Shown: positions 1 through 9,363, counted from the first letter of the stretch. The stretch: 27,110 nt of DNA from a virus (IMGVR_UViG_2579778745_000003:1-27110), one strand, 5' to 3'. Notes: generated from the letters alone by a model not told the origin. A program made the numbers and translations.

Positions 1-260
1 CGATGATCTGGCAGCCTGAGTTCACAGATAAAACACTCTCCAGGAAACCCGGGGCGGTTCAGGCGTTGATCGCTGCATTGGTGTGATTTGTTCTTCGGTA
101 AGTGATGAGTTATTCCCTAATGTGCCTGAATATGGTGGTATTGGATACCAGTTCCTGTATGAAGGCGATGAGCTTAAATGCTATGAACATGGTCTTCTTA
201 TCGAAAGCGTAGAATAATACGGCTTCCTTCCAACCGGCTTTATTGGCCGGTTTATTCAAC

Positions 261-269
261 TTATCCACA
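261..269. promoter_or_regulatory. DnaA box (TTATCCACA, perfect consensus) at the left edge of the plasmid origin; a weaker box-like TGTTGATAA lies at about 495-503
   Basis: Exact 9-mer TTATCCACA read at 261-269, directly next to the GATC cluster and iterons; P1 oriR is known to be flanked by DnaA boxes. Confidence 0.6.
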
Positions 270-273
270 GCAT

Positions 274-331
274 AGATCCAATAAACAGATCCTAAAGAGA
301 ACCTAGGAAGATCCAAAGAAGATCCCGGATC
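274..331. promoter_or_regulatory. Dam-methylation (GATC) cluster of the origin: four AGATCC heptamers plus GGATCG
   Basis: GATC at 275, 288, 310, 321 and 328 inside an AT-rich stretch between the DnaA box and the iterons; P1 oriR has the same arrangement of five GATC sites. Confidence 0.6.
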
Positions 332-370
332 GCTGTAAGCCGCGCCATTTCTGGCCTGAAATGGGATCAA

Positions 371-477
371 CATTGACTATACGCGATTTTATGTTGACTG
401 TGCACGATTTATTGTTGACTGCACGCGATTTATTGTTGACTATACGCGACAGAAACATTGACTGTACGCGATTTTAG
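371..477 (+). repeat. Origin iterons (incC-like): five direct repeats of about 17 bp, core TTGACT(A/G)T(A/G)CGCGATTT
   Basis: TTGACT cores at 373, 394, 415, 436 and 458, i.e. 21-22 bp spacing (two helical turns), immediately upstream of repA. Confidence 0.85.
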
Positions 478-551
478 AGCCTGACTATTCACAGTTGTTG
501 ATAACTGCAATCCAGATGACGCCAGGCCGCGCCACATATGGAGAAACCACG

Positions 552-1436
552 ATGCCGGAAGAAAATAAAGGCTTCCTTAGCGTTGAAGAAGTTGCTGGAA
601 ATACAGGAGAAATCCACAGCCTGAAACCCAATAACAATAGCACTATACAACCCATCGCTTTGTTGCGCTTAGGTGTGTTTGTGCCAACCTTAAAATCTAC
701 CAATGTGGCACTACGTCGCGGATCGTCAGTTACTACAAACACAACGAACGCAACCGAAGAACTATCAAGCCTCAAAATTGTTGAGCAGGAAGGCTATGAG
801 GGAATTGAAATTCATGGTCCACGCCTGGATATGGATACTGATTTTAAGGTGTGGGTGGGCATAACCTCCGCGTTGTTTGACTACGCACCTGATGATGACG
901 GTATAATCACCCTGCCATTCTCCGAGTTTGCCGATCGATGCGGCTATCCACGTAAGCGCCTTTCAAAGGCGTTCCGTAAAAGTATTGATGATTCTCTGAC
1001 ACGCATTCAGCAGACAGTTGTCAAATTCCGCTTCCCGGCGGCAAAAGGTCATCTCAATAACATTAACGTCAACTTGTTGGCATATAGCAGCCTGAATACC
1101 GAGCTTGATGTTATCGAGATCCAGCCGCAGAAACAGCTATCTGAACTTTACTATGTTGACTATAAGCGAATCCTGAAGCTGAAGATGCTGGATAAGCTCG
1201 GGCGCAAAGAGACGGCCAAGGTACTGTATACATTCTTTGAGGCTCTACCCGCCAACCCGGCACCTGTCAGCATTGAGCGCCTTAGAGCAAGGCTTAATCT
1301 CAAATCATCCGTTAGCGTGCAAAATAGCGTTATCAGAAAAGCCATGAAAGATTTAGAAGCTATTGAATATCTTAAATTTTCAGAGATAAAAAACGGCAGG
1401 AAAATCGGCTTCCAGATCCATAAGCGCAATCCATAA
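552..1436 (+). CDS. repA: Iteron-binding replication initiator RepA (P1 RepA family, divergent). ORF track starts at TTG 495; I prefer ATG 552, which has a GGAGA 7 nt upstream
   Basis: Flanked on both sides by iteron arrays; the segment NNNSTIQPIALLRLGVFVP resembles what I recall of P1 RepA; gene order ori-repA-incA-parAB matches P1. Confidence 0.8.
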   Translation: MPEENKGFLSVEEVAGNTGEIHSLKPNNNSTIQPIALLRLGVFVPTLKSTNVALRRGSSVTTNTTNATEELSSLKIVEQEGYEGIEIHGPRLDMDTDFKVWVGITSALFDYAPDDDGIITLPFSEFADRCGYPRKRLSKAFRKSIDDSLTRIQQTVVKFRFPAAKGHLNNINVNLLAYSSLNTELDVIEIQPQKQLSELYYVDYKRILKLKMLDKLGRKETAKVLYTFFEALPANPAPVSIERLRARLNLKSSVSVQNSVIRKAMKDLEAIEYLKFSEIKNGRKIGFQIHKRNP

Positions 1437-1700
1437 TATTGACTATATGCGATAGCGAGAAGTTGACTATAGGCGACATTCATTGACGCTGGTGGATTTT
1501 TGCTGGAGTCAATATTCTGCAAGTCGCTATTGAGATGGCTTTTAGGGTCATTTCATCGCGTATAGTCAACGTTTCTCCCGACAATATCTTACATAGTCGA
1601 TCTTTGGTGGAGTTAAATCGACTACAGTCAACTTTTGACTGTAGTCACATCGCGCATAGTCAACTATTCACATTAACCTTCGCGCATAGTCAACATTTGC
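1437..1700. repeat. incA-like copy-control iteron array, about nine copies in mixed orientation
   Basis: TTGACT cores on + at 1439, 1463, 1483 and 1635; reverse-complement AGTCAA cores at 1507, 1564, 1626, 1658 and 1688; degenerate copies at 1605 and 1643; CGCGCATAGTCAAC repeated exactly at 1651 and 1681. Confidence 0.8.
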
Positions 1701-1728
1701 GCGGTTCTCATCAAGCAGTGGTATTGAT

Positions 1729-2538
1729 ATGCAAGAAGAGAAACAACACTACCTCTACGTTCTGGTGCCAGAGAACGGAGATACTTTTAAAATCGGCATT
1801 TCATGTGGTCCATTGGCACGGTTTAAAGGGCTACAAGTGAGTCCCGATTTTGCGCTTTCACGGGTCTATCGTGGTACACGTTTGGCAATGGTTAATCTTG
1901 AGCGGGCTTTACACGCAACCTTTTTCCCCTGGAATGCGCCGTGGGAGAAAAGCGTCGGTGGCGGGCATACTGAATGGTTTACACGAGAGTGTCTTGATAA
2001 GGTTTTGGCTCATATCGAATATCTAAATGATATGTGGGGAGGGATTCTCGAGCGCATTAAGTCGAATGATTTACTTCAGCGTCCAGTAGATGCTGCTTGC
2101 TCTTTCGAAAAAGAGCTGGATGTTACTTCTATCGTGACTTTCAAAGATGACGCAGGAATGAGGGACGTGGCTTATGTCTCCATATCTGGCTATGAACCGG
2201 ACGCGATCCGCGCTCAATGTGAATTGCTGAAAGCAATGTTTATGCTTCGGACTAAATATCCCTGGGATACAGGGCGGGTGTGCTTCCCTATGGAAGAGTT
2301 AACCGCCACCATTGATTCCCAGCTTTACCACGATAATCCAGAGAAGTTTTTTAGCCTTTTAGCCGGTAATGGGCTTAACTGTGTGTCCGGGCTGGGGCGA
2401 AGTAGAATCCAACATGCCTCGCTCTTCGGTCCCTTCTTTTACGATCGACACGGGTACTTTGAGGCTGAACTTCCGGCGCTTACGCGTGCTATAGATACTA
2501 TCGATTTCGAACGATTATTCGCTGCTCTTAGCAAATAA
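1729..2538 (+). CDS. Protein with an N-terminal T5orf172 / GIY-YIG-like domain (269 aa); C-terminal 170 aa unassigned
   Basis: N-terminus reads YLYVLVPENGDTFKIGIS...LERALHATF...GGGHTEWF, matching the T5orf172 motif pattern (YVY, KIG, ExxLH, EWF) as I recall it. Confidence 0.55.
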   Translation: MQEEKQHYLYVLVPENGDTFKIGISCGPLARFKGLQVSPDFALSRVYRGTRLAMVNLERALHATFFPWNAPWEKSVGGGHTEWFTRECLDKVLAHIEYLNDMWGGILERIKSNDLLQRPVDAACSFEKELDVTSIVTFKDDAGMRDVAYVSISGYEPDAIRAQCELLKAMFMLRTKYPWDTGRVCFPMEELTATIDSQLYHDNPEKFFSLLAGNGLNCVSGLGRSRIQHASLFGPFFYDRHGYFEAELPALTRAIDTIDFERLFAALSK

Positions 2539-2545
2539 CACTGAT

Positions 2546-2568
2546 GCCCCTGAACGGGGCTTTTTTGT
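2546..2568 (+). terminator. Rho-independent terminator (GCCCC-TGAAC-GGGGC followed by TTTTTT)
   Basis: GC stem-loop followed by a T6 tract directly after the stop at 2538. Confidence 0.65.
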
Positions 2569-2599
2569 GCCTTTCTTGTAACTCTCAATCGTGCAAAAT

Positions 2600-2700
2600 G
2601 AACCAAACATGCAGAGAATGCTATGTACAAGCATCTACGCATACATTATTATTTTATGCAGCATTTTTAATTAAATTCAAAAATACAGCATAAAGGATGA
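2600..2700 (+). promoter_or_regulatory. Putative par promoter/operator: AT-rich region with imperfect palindrome AATGCTATGTACAAGCAT (2617-2634) and flanking ATGCAG repeats
   Basis: Palindromes read upstream of parA; P1 ParA autoregulates through an inverted-repeat operator over its promoter. Confidence 0.4.
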
Positions 2701-2706
2701 CTTTCG

Positions 2707-3903
2707 ATGAGTGATTCCAGCCAGCTTCACAAGGTTGCTCAAAGAGCAAACAGAATGCTCAATGTTCTGACTGAACAAGTACAGTTGCAAAAGGATGAGC
2801 TACACGCGAACGAGTTTTACCAGGTCTATGCGAAAGCGGCACTGGCAAAATTGCCTCTACTGACTCGAGCGAACGTTGACTATGCCGTAAGTGAAATGGA
2901 AGAAAAGGGTTATGTTTTCGATAAACGCCCTGCTGGCTCTTCAATGAAATATGCGATGTCAATTCAGAACATCATTGACATATATGAACATCGCGGAGTG
3001 CCAAAATACCGGGATCGCTACAGCGAAGCGTATGTGATTTTCATCTCCAATCTTAAAGGCGGTGTGTCAAAAACTGTATCGACGGTTTCTCTGGCGCATG
3101 CAATGCGTGCCCACCCTCATCTTCTGATGGAAGATTTAAGGATTCTGGTTATTGACCTTGATCCGCAATCTTCAGCAACGATGTTTTTAAGCCATAAACA
3201 CTCTATTGGTATCGTAAACGCAACATCTGCACAGGCTATGTTGCAGAATGTAAGCCGTGAAGAGCTGTTAGAGGAGTTTATTGTTCCTTCTGTTGTACCT
3301 GGGGTTGACGTTATGCCTGCGTCGATTGACGATGCCTTTATTGCATCCGATTGGAGAGAGCTGTGCAATGAGCATCTACCGGGTCAGAACATCCATGCTG
3401 TCCTGAAAGAAAATGTGATTGATAAGCTGAAGAGCGATTATGACTTTATCCTCGTTGATAGTGGTCCTCACCTTGACGCCTTCCTGAAAAATGCTTTGGC
3501 CTCGGCCAATATACTGTTTACACCTCTGCCGCCAGCAACTGTCGATTTCCACTCATCGCTTAAATACGTTGCCCGCCTTCCTGAGTTGGTAAAACTCATT
3601 TCGGATGAAGGCTGCGAGTGCCAGCTTGCGACTAACATTGGTTTTATGTCCAAGTTGAGTAACAAGGCAGATCATAAGTATTGCCATAGCCTGGCTAAAG
3701 AAGTGTTCGGTGGGGATATGCTTGATGTCGTCCTCCCTCGCCTTGACGGTTTTGAACGCTGCGGCGAGTCTTTTGACACTGTTATTTCAGCTAACCCGGC
3801 AACGTATGTTGGTAGTGCTGATGCATTGAAGAACGCGCGAATTGCCGCGGAAGATTTTGCTAAAGCAGTTTTTGACCGTATTGAATTTATCAGATCTAAC
3901 TGA
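2707..3903 (+). CDS. parA: Partition ATPase ParA, type Ia (Walker-type with N-terminal HTH), 398 aa
   Basis: Deviant Walker A KGGVSKT; length and sequence match my memory of P1 ParA; AAGGA RBS; followed by parB and parS. Confidence 0.93.
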   Translation: MSDSSQLHKVAQRANRMLNVLTEQVQLQKDELHANEFYQVYAKAALAKLPLLTRANVDYAVSEMEEKGYVFDKRPAGSSMKYAMSIQNIIDIYEHRGVPKYRDRYSEAYVIFISNLKGGVSKTVSTVSLAHAMRAHPHLLMEDLRILVIDLDPQSSATMFLSHKHSIGIVNATSAQAMLQNVSREELLEEFIVPSVVPGVDVMPASIDDAFIASDWRELCNEHLPGQNIHAVLKENVIDKLKSDYDFILVDSGPHLDAFLKNALASANILFTPLPPATVDFHSSLKYVARLPELVKLISDEGCECQLATNIGFMSKLSNKADHKYCHSLAKEVFGGDMLDVVLPRLDGFERCGESFDTVISANPATYVGSADALKNARIAAEDFAKAVFDRIEFIRSN

Positions 3904-3919
3904 GGAGTAAGAAACCCCC

Positions 3920-4921
3920 ATGTCAAAGAAAAACAGACCAACAATTGGGCGAACCCTTAATCCTTCAATATTAAGCGGATTTGATAGTTCTTCAGCCTCT
4001 GGCGATCGAGTCGAGCAGGTATTCAAGTTATCAACTGGTCGCCAGGCCACATTTATTGAAGAGGTAATACCTCCGAACCAGGTAGAAAGCGATACCTTTG
4101 TTGATCAGCATAACAACGGGCGTGACCAGGCATCTCTTACGCCAAAATCATTAAAAAGTATCCGAAGCACTATTAAGCATCAGCAATTTTACCCTGCAAT
4201 AGGTGTTAGACGGGCTACAGGGAAAATTGAAATTTTGGATGGTTCCCGGCGTCGAGCTTCTGCCATCTTAGAGAACGTAGGGTTGCGGGTTTTAGTCACG
4301 GACCAGGAGATCAGCGTTCAGGAAGCGCAAAATTTAGCGAAAGACGTTCAGACAGCATTGCAGCACAGCATTCGAGAAATAGGTCTGCGTTTGATGCGAA
4401 TGAAAAATGATGGGATGAGTCAGAAGGATATTGCAGCCAAAGAAGGGCTGTCTCAGGCGAAGGTCACGCGTGCTCTCCAGGCAGCGAGTGCTCCGGAAGA
4501 ATTAGTCGCCCTTTTCCCTGTTCAGTCGGAATTAACCTTTTCGGACTACAAAACGCTTTGTGCTGTTGGCGACGAAATGGGGAACAAGAATTTAGAGTTT
4601 GATCAGCTTATTCAAAACATATCCCCGGAAATAAACGACATCTTATCCATTGAAGAAATGGCCGAAGATGAAGTTAAAAATAAAATCCTGCGCTTGATAA
4701 CAAAGGAAGCCTCACTACTCACGGATAAAGGTTCTAAAGATAAGTCCGTAGTTACTGAATTATGGAAATTTGAGGACAAGGATCGCTTTGCAAGGAAGCG
4801 CGTGAAAGGCCGTGCATTTTCTTATGAGTTTAATCGACTTTCAAAAGAGCTACAGGAAGAACTCGACAGGATGATTGGGCATATCCTTAGAAAGAGCCTC
4901 GATAAAAAGCCGAAGCCTTAA
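3920..4921 (+). CDS. parB: Centromere-binding protein ParB, 333 aa
   Basis: Length and sequence match my memory of P1 ParB; position between parA and parS. Confidence 0.93.
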   Translation: MSKKNRPTIGRTLNPSILSGFDSSSASGDRVEQVFKLSTGRQATFIEEVIPPNQVESDTFVDQHNNGRDQASLTPKSLKSIRSTIKHQQFYPAIGVRRATGKIEILDGSRRRASAILENVGLRVLVTDQEISVQEAQNLAKDVQTALQHSIREIGLRLMRMKNDGMSQKDIAAKEGLSQAKVTRALQAASAPEELVALFPVQSELTFSDYKTLCAVGDEMGNKNLEFDQLIQNISPEINDILSIEEMAEDEVKNKILRLITKEASLLTDKGSKDKSVVTELWKFEDKDRFARKRVKGRAFSYEFNRLSKELQEELDRMIGHILRKSLDKKPKP

Positions 4922-4925
4922 ACTT

Positions 4926-5008
4926 TCGCCATTCAAATTTCACTATTAACCAACTGTTTTTAAAGTAAATCTATCTAAAATTTCAAGGTGAAATCGCCAC
5001 GATTTCAC
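4926..5008. promoter_or_regulatory. parS: parS centromere: box B TCGCCA (4926, 4994), box A ATTTCAC (4937, 5002; inverted at 4988) flanking an AT-rich IHF-like core
   Basis: Hexamer and heptamer motifs read directly in the P1 parS arrangement B-A-[IHF]-A(inv)-B-A. Confidence 0.8.
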
Positions 5009-5146
5009 CTTGGATTTTACCTTCCTCCCCTACTCCCGAAAAAAATAAAAAAATTGCTTGTCACGAGAAAGTCAACAAGTGACTTTCAATAAAATCTCTT
5101 CCGAAAAGGGATTCACACAAGTGCCTTGTGTTTAAGGAAGAGTAAA

Positions 5147-6853
5147 TTGAGTAACTTACGCGAATACCAGAATCGTATTGCAGATATCGCAAAACGCTCT
5201 AAAGCTGTGCTTGGCTGGGCAAGCACTGCGCAGTTCGGTACTGATAACCAATTCATTAAAGATGATGCCGCGCGTGCCGCATCTATCCTTGAAGCTGCAC
5301 GTAAAGACCCGGTTTTTGCGGGTATCTCTGATAATGCCACCGCTCAAATCGCTACAGCGTGGGCAAGTGCACTGGCTGACTACGCCGCAGCACATAAATC
5401 TATGCCGCGTCCGGAAATTCTGGCCTCCTGCCACCAGACGCTGGAAAACTGCCTGATTGAGTCCACCCGCAATAGCATGGATGCCACTAATAAAGCGATG
5501 CTGGAATCCGTCGCAGCAGAGATGATGAGCGTTTCTGACGGTGTTATGCGTCTGCCTTTATTCCTCGCGATGATCCTGCCTGTTCAGTTGGGGGCAGCTA
5601 CCGCTGATGCGTGTACCTTCATTCCGGTTACGCGTGACCAGTCCGACATCTATGAAGTCTTTAACGTGGCAGGTTCCTCTTTTGGTTCTTATGCTGCTGG
5701 TGATGTTCTGGACATGCAATCCGTCGGTGTGTACAGCCAGTTACGCCGCCGCTATGTGCTGGTGGCAAGCTCCGATGGCACCAGCAAAACCGCAACCTTC
5801 AAGATGGAAGACTTCGAAGGCCAGAATGTACCAATCCGAAAAGGTCGCACTAATATCTACGTTAACCGTATTAAGTCTGTTGTTGATAACGGTTCCGGCA
5901 GCCTACTTCACTCGTTTACTAATGCTGCTGGTGAGCAAATCACTGTTACCTGCTCTCTGAACTACAACATTGGTCAGATTGCCCTGTCGTTCTCCAAAGC
6001 GCCGGATAAAGGCACTGAGATCGCAATTGAGACGGAAATCAATATTGAAGCCGCTCCTGAGCTGATCCCGCTGATCAACCACGAAATGAAGAAATACACC
6101 CTGTTCCCAAGCCAGTTCGTTATCGCGGCTGAGCACACGGTACAGGCGGCGTATGAAGCACAGCGTGAATTTGGTCTGGACCTGGGTTCCCTACAGTTCC
6201 GCACCCTGAAGGAATACCTGTCTCATGAACAGGATATGCTGCGTCTTCGCATCATGATCTGGCGTACTCTTGCGAACGACACCTTTGACATCGCTCTGCC
6301 GGTTAACCAGTCCTTTGATGTATGGGCAACCATCATTCGTGGCAAATTCCAGACTGTATATCGCGACATTATTGAGCGCGTTAAATCTTCTGGTGCGATG
6401 GGGATGTTTGCTGGTGCTGATGCAGCATCTTTCTTCAAACAGTTGCCGAAGGATTTCTTCCAGCCAGCCGAAGACTATATCCAGACTCCGTATGTTCACT
6501 ACATCGGTACCCTGTTCGGTAACGTGAAAGTGTACGAAGTACCTGCTGGTATTTGTAAGAACTTAACGACAGAGAACATTCAGTTCAGCTCGATGGATGT
6601 GCTGTGCTACGTCCGTGATGAAAATCCGGGTAAAGCAGGCTTCGTGACTGGTGATGCTGTCCCGGCCATCCCGTTCCAGCATCCGACCACTCCGGCGCTG
6701 GTCAACCGTACCACGCTGTGGGGTTCGGCTATCAACGATATGCACCCACGCAACGGCGCTGATTACTTCACTCGTGTAACGCTGACAATGGCCAAAAAAG
6801 GCGGGCTTAACTTCATTAGCGGCGACACGATTGATGCCGGTGACTCTGAGTAA
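5147..6853 (+). CDS. Major capsid protein candidate (P1 gene 23-like). ORF track start is TTG 5126; I prefer TTG 5147 after AAGGAAG
   Basis: Position right after parS as in P1; large protein; first late gene with its own upstream region. Functional assignment rests on synteny. Confidence 0.5.
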   Translation: MSNLREYQNRIADIAKRSKAVLGWASTAQFGTDNQFIKDDAARAASILEAARKDPVFAGISDNATAQIATAWASALADYAAAHKSMPRPEILASCHQTLENCLIESTRNSMDATNKAMLESVAAEMMSVSDGVMRLPLFLAMILPVQLGAATADACTFIPVTRDQSDIYEVFNVAGSSFGSYAAGDVLDMQSVGVYSQLRRRYVLVASSDGTSKTATFKMEDFEGQNVPIRKGRTNIYVNRIKSVVDNGSGSLLHSFTNAAGEQITVTCSLNYNIGQIALSFSKAPDKGTEIAIETEINIEAAPELIPLINHEMKKYTLFPSQFVIAAEHTVQAAYEAQREFGLDLGSLQFRTLKEYLSHEQDMLRLRIMIWRTLANDTFDIALPVNQSFDVWATIIRGKFQTVYRDIIERVKSSGAMGMFAGADAASFFKQLPKDFFQPAEDYIQTPYVHYIGTLFGNVKVYEVPAGICKNLTTENIQFSSMDVLCYVRDENPGKAGFVTGDAVPAIPFQHPTTPALVNRTTLWGSAINDMHPRNGADYFTRVTLTMAKKGGLNFISGDTIDAGDSE

Positions 6854-6879
6854 TCAGGGGAAGTTCTCCGTTTAACATA

Positions 6880-6898
6880 GCGCCCCCGTGCGGGGCGC
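6880..6898 (+). other. Intercistronic GC-rich hairpin (GCGCCCC / GGGGCGC) with no U-tract
   Basis: Inverted repeat between the capsid-like and sheath-like genes. Confidence 0.4.
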
Positions 6899-6913
6899 AT
6901 AACAGGGAAAGTT

Positions 6914-8503
6914 ATGTCTCAATATTCAATTCAACAGTCATTAGGTAATGCATCCGGCGTCGCGGTTAGCCCGATCAATGCCGATGCGACGTTATCTACC
7001 GGTGTTGCATTAAATAGCAGCTTATGGGCTGGTATTGGCGTATTTGCGCGTGGCAAGCCGTTTACTGTTCTTGCGGTTACTGAGTCCAATTACGAAGATG
7101 TTCTCGGCGAACCGCTGAAGCCGTCTTCCGGCTCACAGTTCGAACCAATTCGCCATGTATACGAAGCTATTCAGCAAACGTCTGGTTATGTTGTTCGCGC
7201 TGTTCCGGATGATGCGAAGTTCCCGATTATTATGTTCGATGAATCAGGCGAACCGGCTTACAGTGCGTTGCCATACGGTTCTGAAATTGAACTTGATAGT
7301 GGCGAAGCCTTTGCTATCTACGTTGATGATGGTGATCCGTGTATTTCACCTACCCGTGAGTTAACCATCGAAACGGCAACAGCGGACAGCGCGGGTAATG
7401 AACGCTTCCTCTTAAAACTGACCCAGACGACTTCGCTCGGCGTGGTAACGACCCTGGAGACACACACTGTGTCTTTGGCGGAAGAAGCGAAAGATGACAT
7501 GGGCCGCTTGTGTTATCTGCCTACGGCTCTGGAAGCCCGTTCTAAATATCTGCGCGCGGTTGTTAATGAAGAGCTGATTTCGACAGCGAAAGTAACAAAC
7601 AAAAAATCGTTGGCGTTCACTGGCGGTACCAACGGCGATCAGTCGAAAATCTCAACCGCTGCGTACCTGCGTGCGGTTAAAGTGCTGAATAATGCGCCGT
7701 ACATGTACACCGCTGTTCTTGGCTTGGGCTGCTATGACAATGCGGCTATCACCGCATTAGGTAAAATCTGTGCAGATCGCCTGATTGATGGCTTCTTTGA
7801 TGTCAAACCGACATTGACGTACACGGAAGCGATCTCTGCTGTTGAAGATACCGGTTTACTTGGTACCGATTATGTAAGCTGTGCTGTCTATCACTACCCG
7901 TTCTCCTGCAAAGACAAATGGACCCAATCCCGTGTGGTCTTTGGTCTGTCTGGCGTGGCGTATGCGGCGAAAGCTCGTGGCGTCAAGAAAAACTCTGATG
8001 TCGGCGGTTGGCATTACTCACCGGCTGGTGAAGAACGTGCCGTCATTGCTCGTGCGTCAATTCAACCGCTGTATCCGGAAGATACCCCGGACGAAGAAGC
8101 AATGGTCAAGGGCCGTCTCAATAAAGTATCTGTTGGCACCTCTGGCCAGATGATCATCGACGATGCTTTAACTTGCTGCACGCAGGATAACTATCTGCAC
8201 TTCCAGCACGTCCCATCCCTGATGAATGCAATCAGCCGTTTCTTTGTCCAGTTAGCCCGACAGATGAAGCATAGCCCGGACGGTATTACTGCGGCTGGCC
8301 TGACTAAAGGGATGACCAAACTTTTAGATCGCTTTGTCGCCTCCGGCGCTCTGGTGGCTCCTCGTGATCCTGATGCTGACGGTACAGAACCGTATGTGCT
8401 GAAAGTTACGCAGGCGGAATTCGATAAATGGGAAGTAGTCTGGGCCTGCTGCCCGACTGGCGTAGCCCGTCGTATCCAGGGCGTACCGCTGCTTATTAAG
8501 TAA
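6914..8503 (+). CDS. Contractile tail sheath protein candidate (P1 gene 22-like), 529 aa
   Basis: Size and position in the late operon; AGGGAAAG RBS. Identity by synteny only. Confidence 0.45.
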   Translation: MSQYSIQQSLGNASGVAVSPINADATLSTGVALNSSLWAGIGVFARGKPFTVLAVTESNYEDVLGEPLKPSSGSQFEPIRHVYEAIQQTSGYVVRAVPDDAKFPIIMFDESGEPAYSALPYGSEIELDSGEAFAIYVDDGDPCISPTRELTIETATADSAGNERFLLKLTQTTSLGVVTTLETHTVSLAEEAKDDMGRLCYLPTALEARSKYLRAVVNEELISTAKVTNKKSLAFTGGTNGDQSKISTAAYLRAVKVLNNAPYMYTAVLGLGCYDNAAITALGKICADRLIDGFFDVKPTLTYTEAISAVEDTGLLGTDYVSCAVYHYPFSCKDKWTQSRVVFGLSGVAYAAKARGVKKNSDVGGWHYSPAGEERAVIARASIQPLYPEDTPDEEAMVKGRLNKVSVGTSGQMIIDDALTCCTQDNYLHFQHVPSLMNAISRFFVQLARQMKHSPDGITAAGLTKGMTKLLDRFVASGALVAPRDPDADGTEPYVLKVTQAEFDKWEVVWACCPTGVARRIQGVPLLIK

Positions 8504-8512
8504 GGGAATACA

Positions 8513-9328
8513 ATGAGCAAAAACTTTTTTCAATCCGGGGCATTTTTGGGGAATGGACTGTCTCGTTTCGCTTTGAACTCTGATCCTGTGCAGCTGATGG
8601 AGTCTGCCCGAGCAAGCGCTGAACCGCCAACAGATCCGGTTATTAATAATAATCCGGAACCGGCGGCACAGACTAACGATAACGTTCCATCTGCCCAGGC
8701 TCCTGAGCAAATCCTGGAAGGGAAAGACGGTAAAGAATGGACCGTCGAACAGGCGCACCAGATGATTCTGGAAGCTGCAAATCGAAGTGCTATGCAAAAT
8801 GCGTTGAGTGATGCGGCCGACGCCGTTTTCGCCTGGGCTGATAGCGGTGATCTGACTTTCGACTCCCTTGATGGTTTCGTTCAGGCTATCGCTGGTATCT
8901 CTGATGACGACGACTCCGAAGTTACAGAAGAACAGGACGATGCCTATAACGAAGCATGGGCAAATGTTGCTGACTTCCTCGCAGCATGCGGTGTAGATGA
9001 TGACCTGATCGAAGCACTGGCTGACGATGAAGACGACGACGCAGCTGCTGATGTTGGTGCCTCTATCGCTGGTTTAGATAGCGACGACCGCGACGAACTA
9101 GAAGCGGCGTTTGTTGTTGCTGGCACTTCTGATGAAATGCTGACTGAAGCATTTAAGAAGGTTGTTCGTAACGGTGAGATCAAACTCATCCGTAAACGCC
9201 TGCGTAAAAAACGTCTGACTGCGGCTCAAAAATCGGCGCTGAAAAAAGCGCGTCGAAAAGCCCAGACCGGCGCGGCAAAACTTGCCCGCAAAAAGTCAAT
9301 GAAACTGCGCCGTAAGCGCCTTGGCTAA
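8513..9328 (+). CDS. Strongly acidic protein (D/E-rich middle) with a polybasic C-terminal tail (RKRLRKKRL...KLRRKRLG), 271 aa
   Basis: ORF with composition read from the translation; 9-nt gap after the previous gene. Confidence 0.6.
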   Translation: MSKNFFQSGAFLGNGLSRFALNSDPVQLMESARASAEPPTDPVINNNPEPAAQTNDNVPSAQAPEQILEGKDGKEWTVEQAHQMILEAANRSAMQNALSDAADAVFAWADSGDLTFDSLDGFVQAIAGISDDDDSEVTEEQDDAYNEAWANVADFLAACGVDDDLIEALADDEDDDAAADVGASIAGLDSDDRDELEAAFVVAGTSDEMLTEAFKKVVRNGEIKLIRKRLRKKRLTAAQKSALKKARRKAQTGAAKLARKKSMKLRRKRLG

Positions 9329-9335
9329 AGGAGGA

Positions 9336-9353
9336 GGCCGGAGAACTCCGGCC
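9336..9353 (+). other. Hairpin GGCCGGAG-AA-CTCCGGCC overlapping the RBS of the next gene
   Basis: Perfect 8-bp inverted repeat between the stop at 9328 and the ATG at 9364. Confidence 0.4.
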
Positions 9354-9363
9354 TTTAACTTGA

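Noticed and set aside
1-86. Possible 3' end of an upstream + strand gene (...EFTDKTLSRKPGAVQALIAALV, stop at 84-86)
   Set aside because: Only 27 codons are visible and there is no recognisable motif; too little evidence to call.
110-373. ORF-track - strand ORF of 87 aa
   Set aside because: It lies across the DnaA box, the GATC cluster and the first iteron of the origin; most likely non-coding.
1160-1522. ORF of 120 aa on the - strand
   Set aside because: Antisense to repA and extends into the iterons; no RBS and no protein-like features.
371-1700. Short direct repeats with regular spacing that could be taken for a CRISPR array
   Set aside because: The units are about 17 bp at 21-22 bp spacing with degenerate copies in both orientations and they flank a rep gene; these are plasmid iterons, with no CRISPR-length repeats or unique spacers.
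1535-1840. ORF-track + strand ORF of 101 aa
   Set aside because: It runs through the incA iteron array and into the start of the next gene in another frame; its sequence is repeat-driven.
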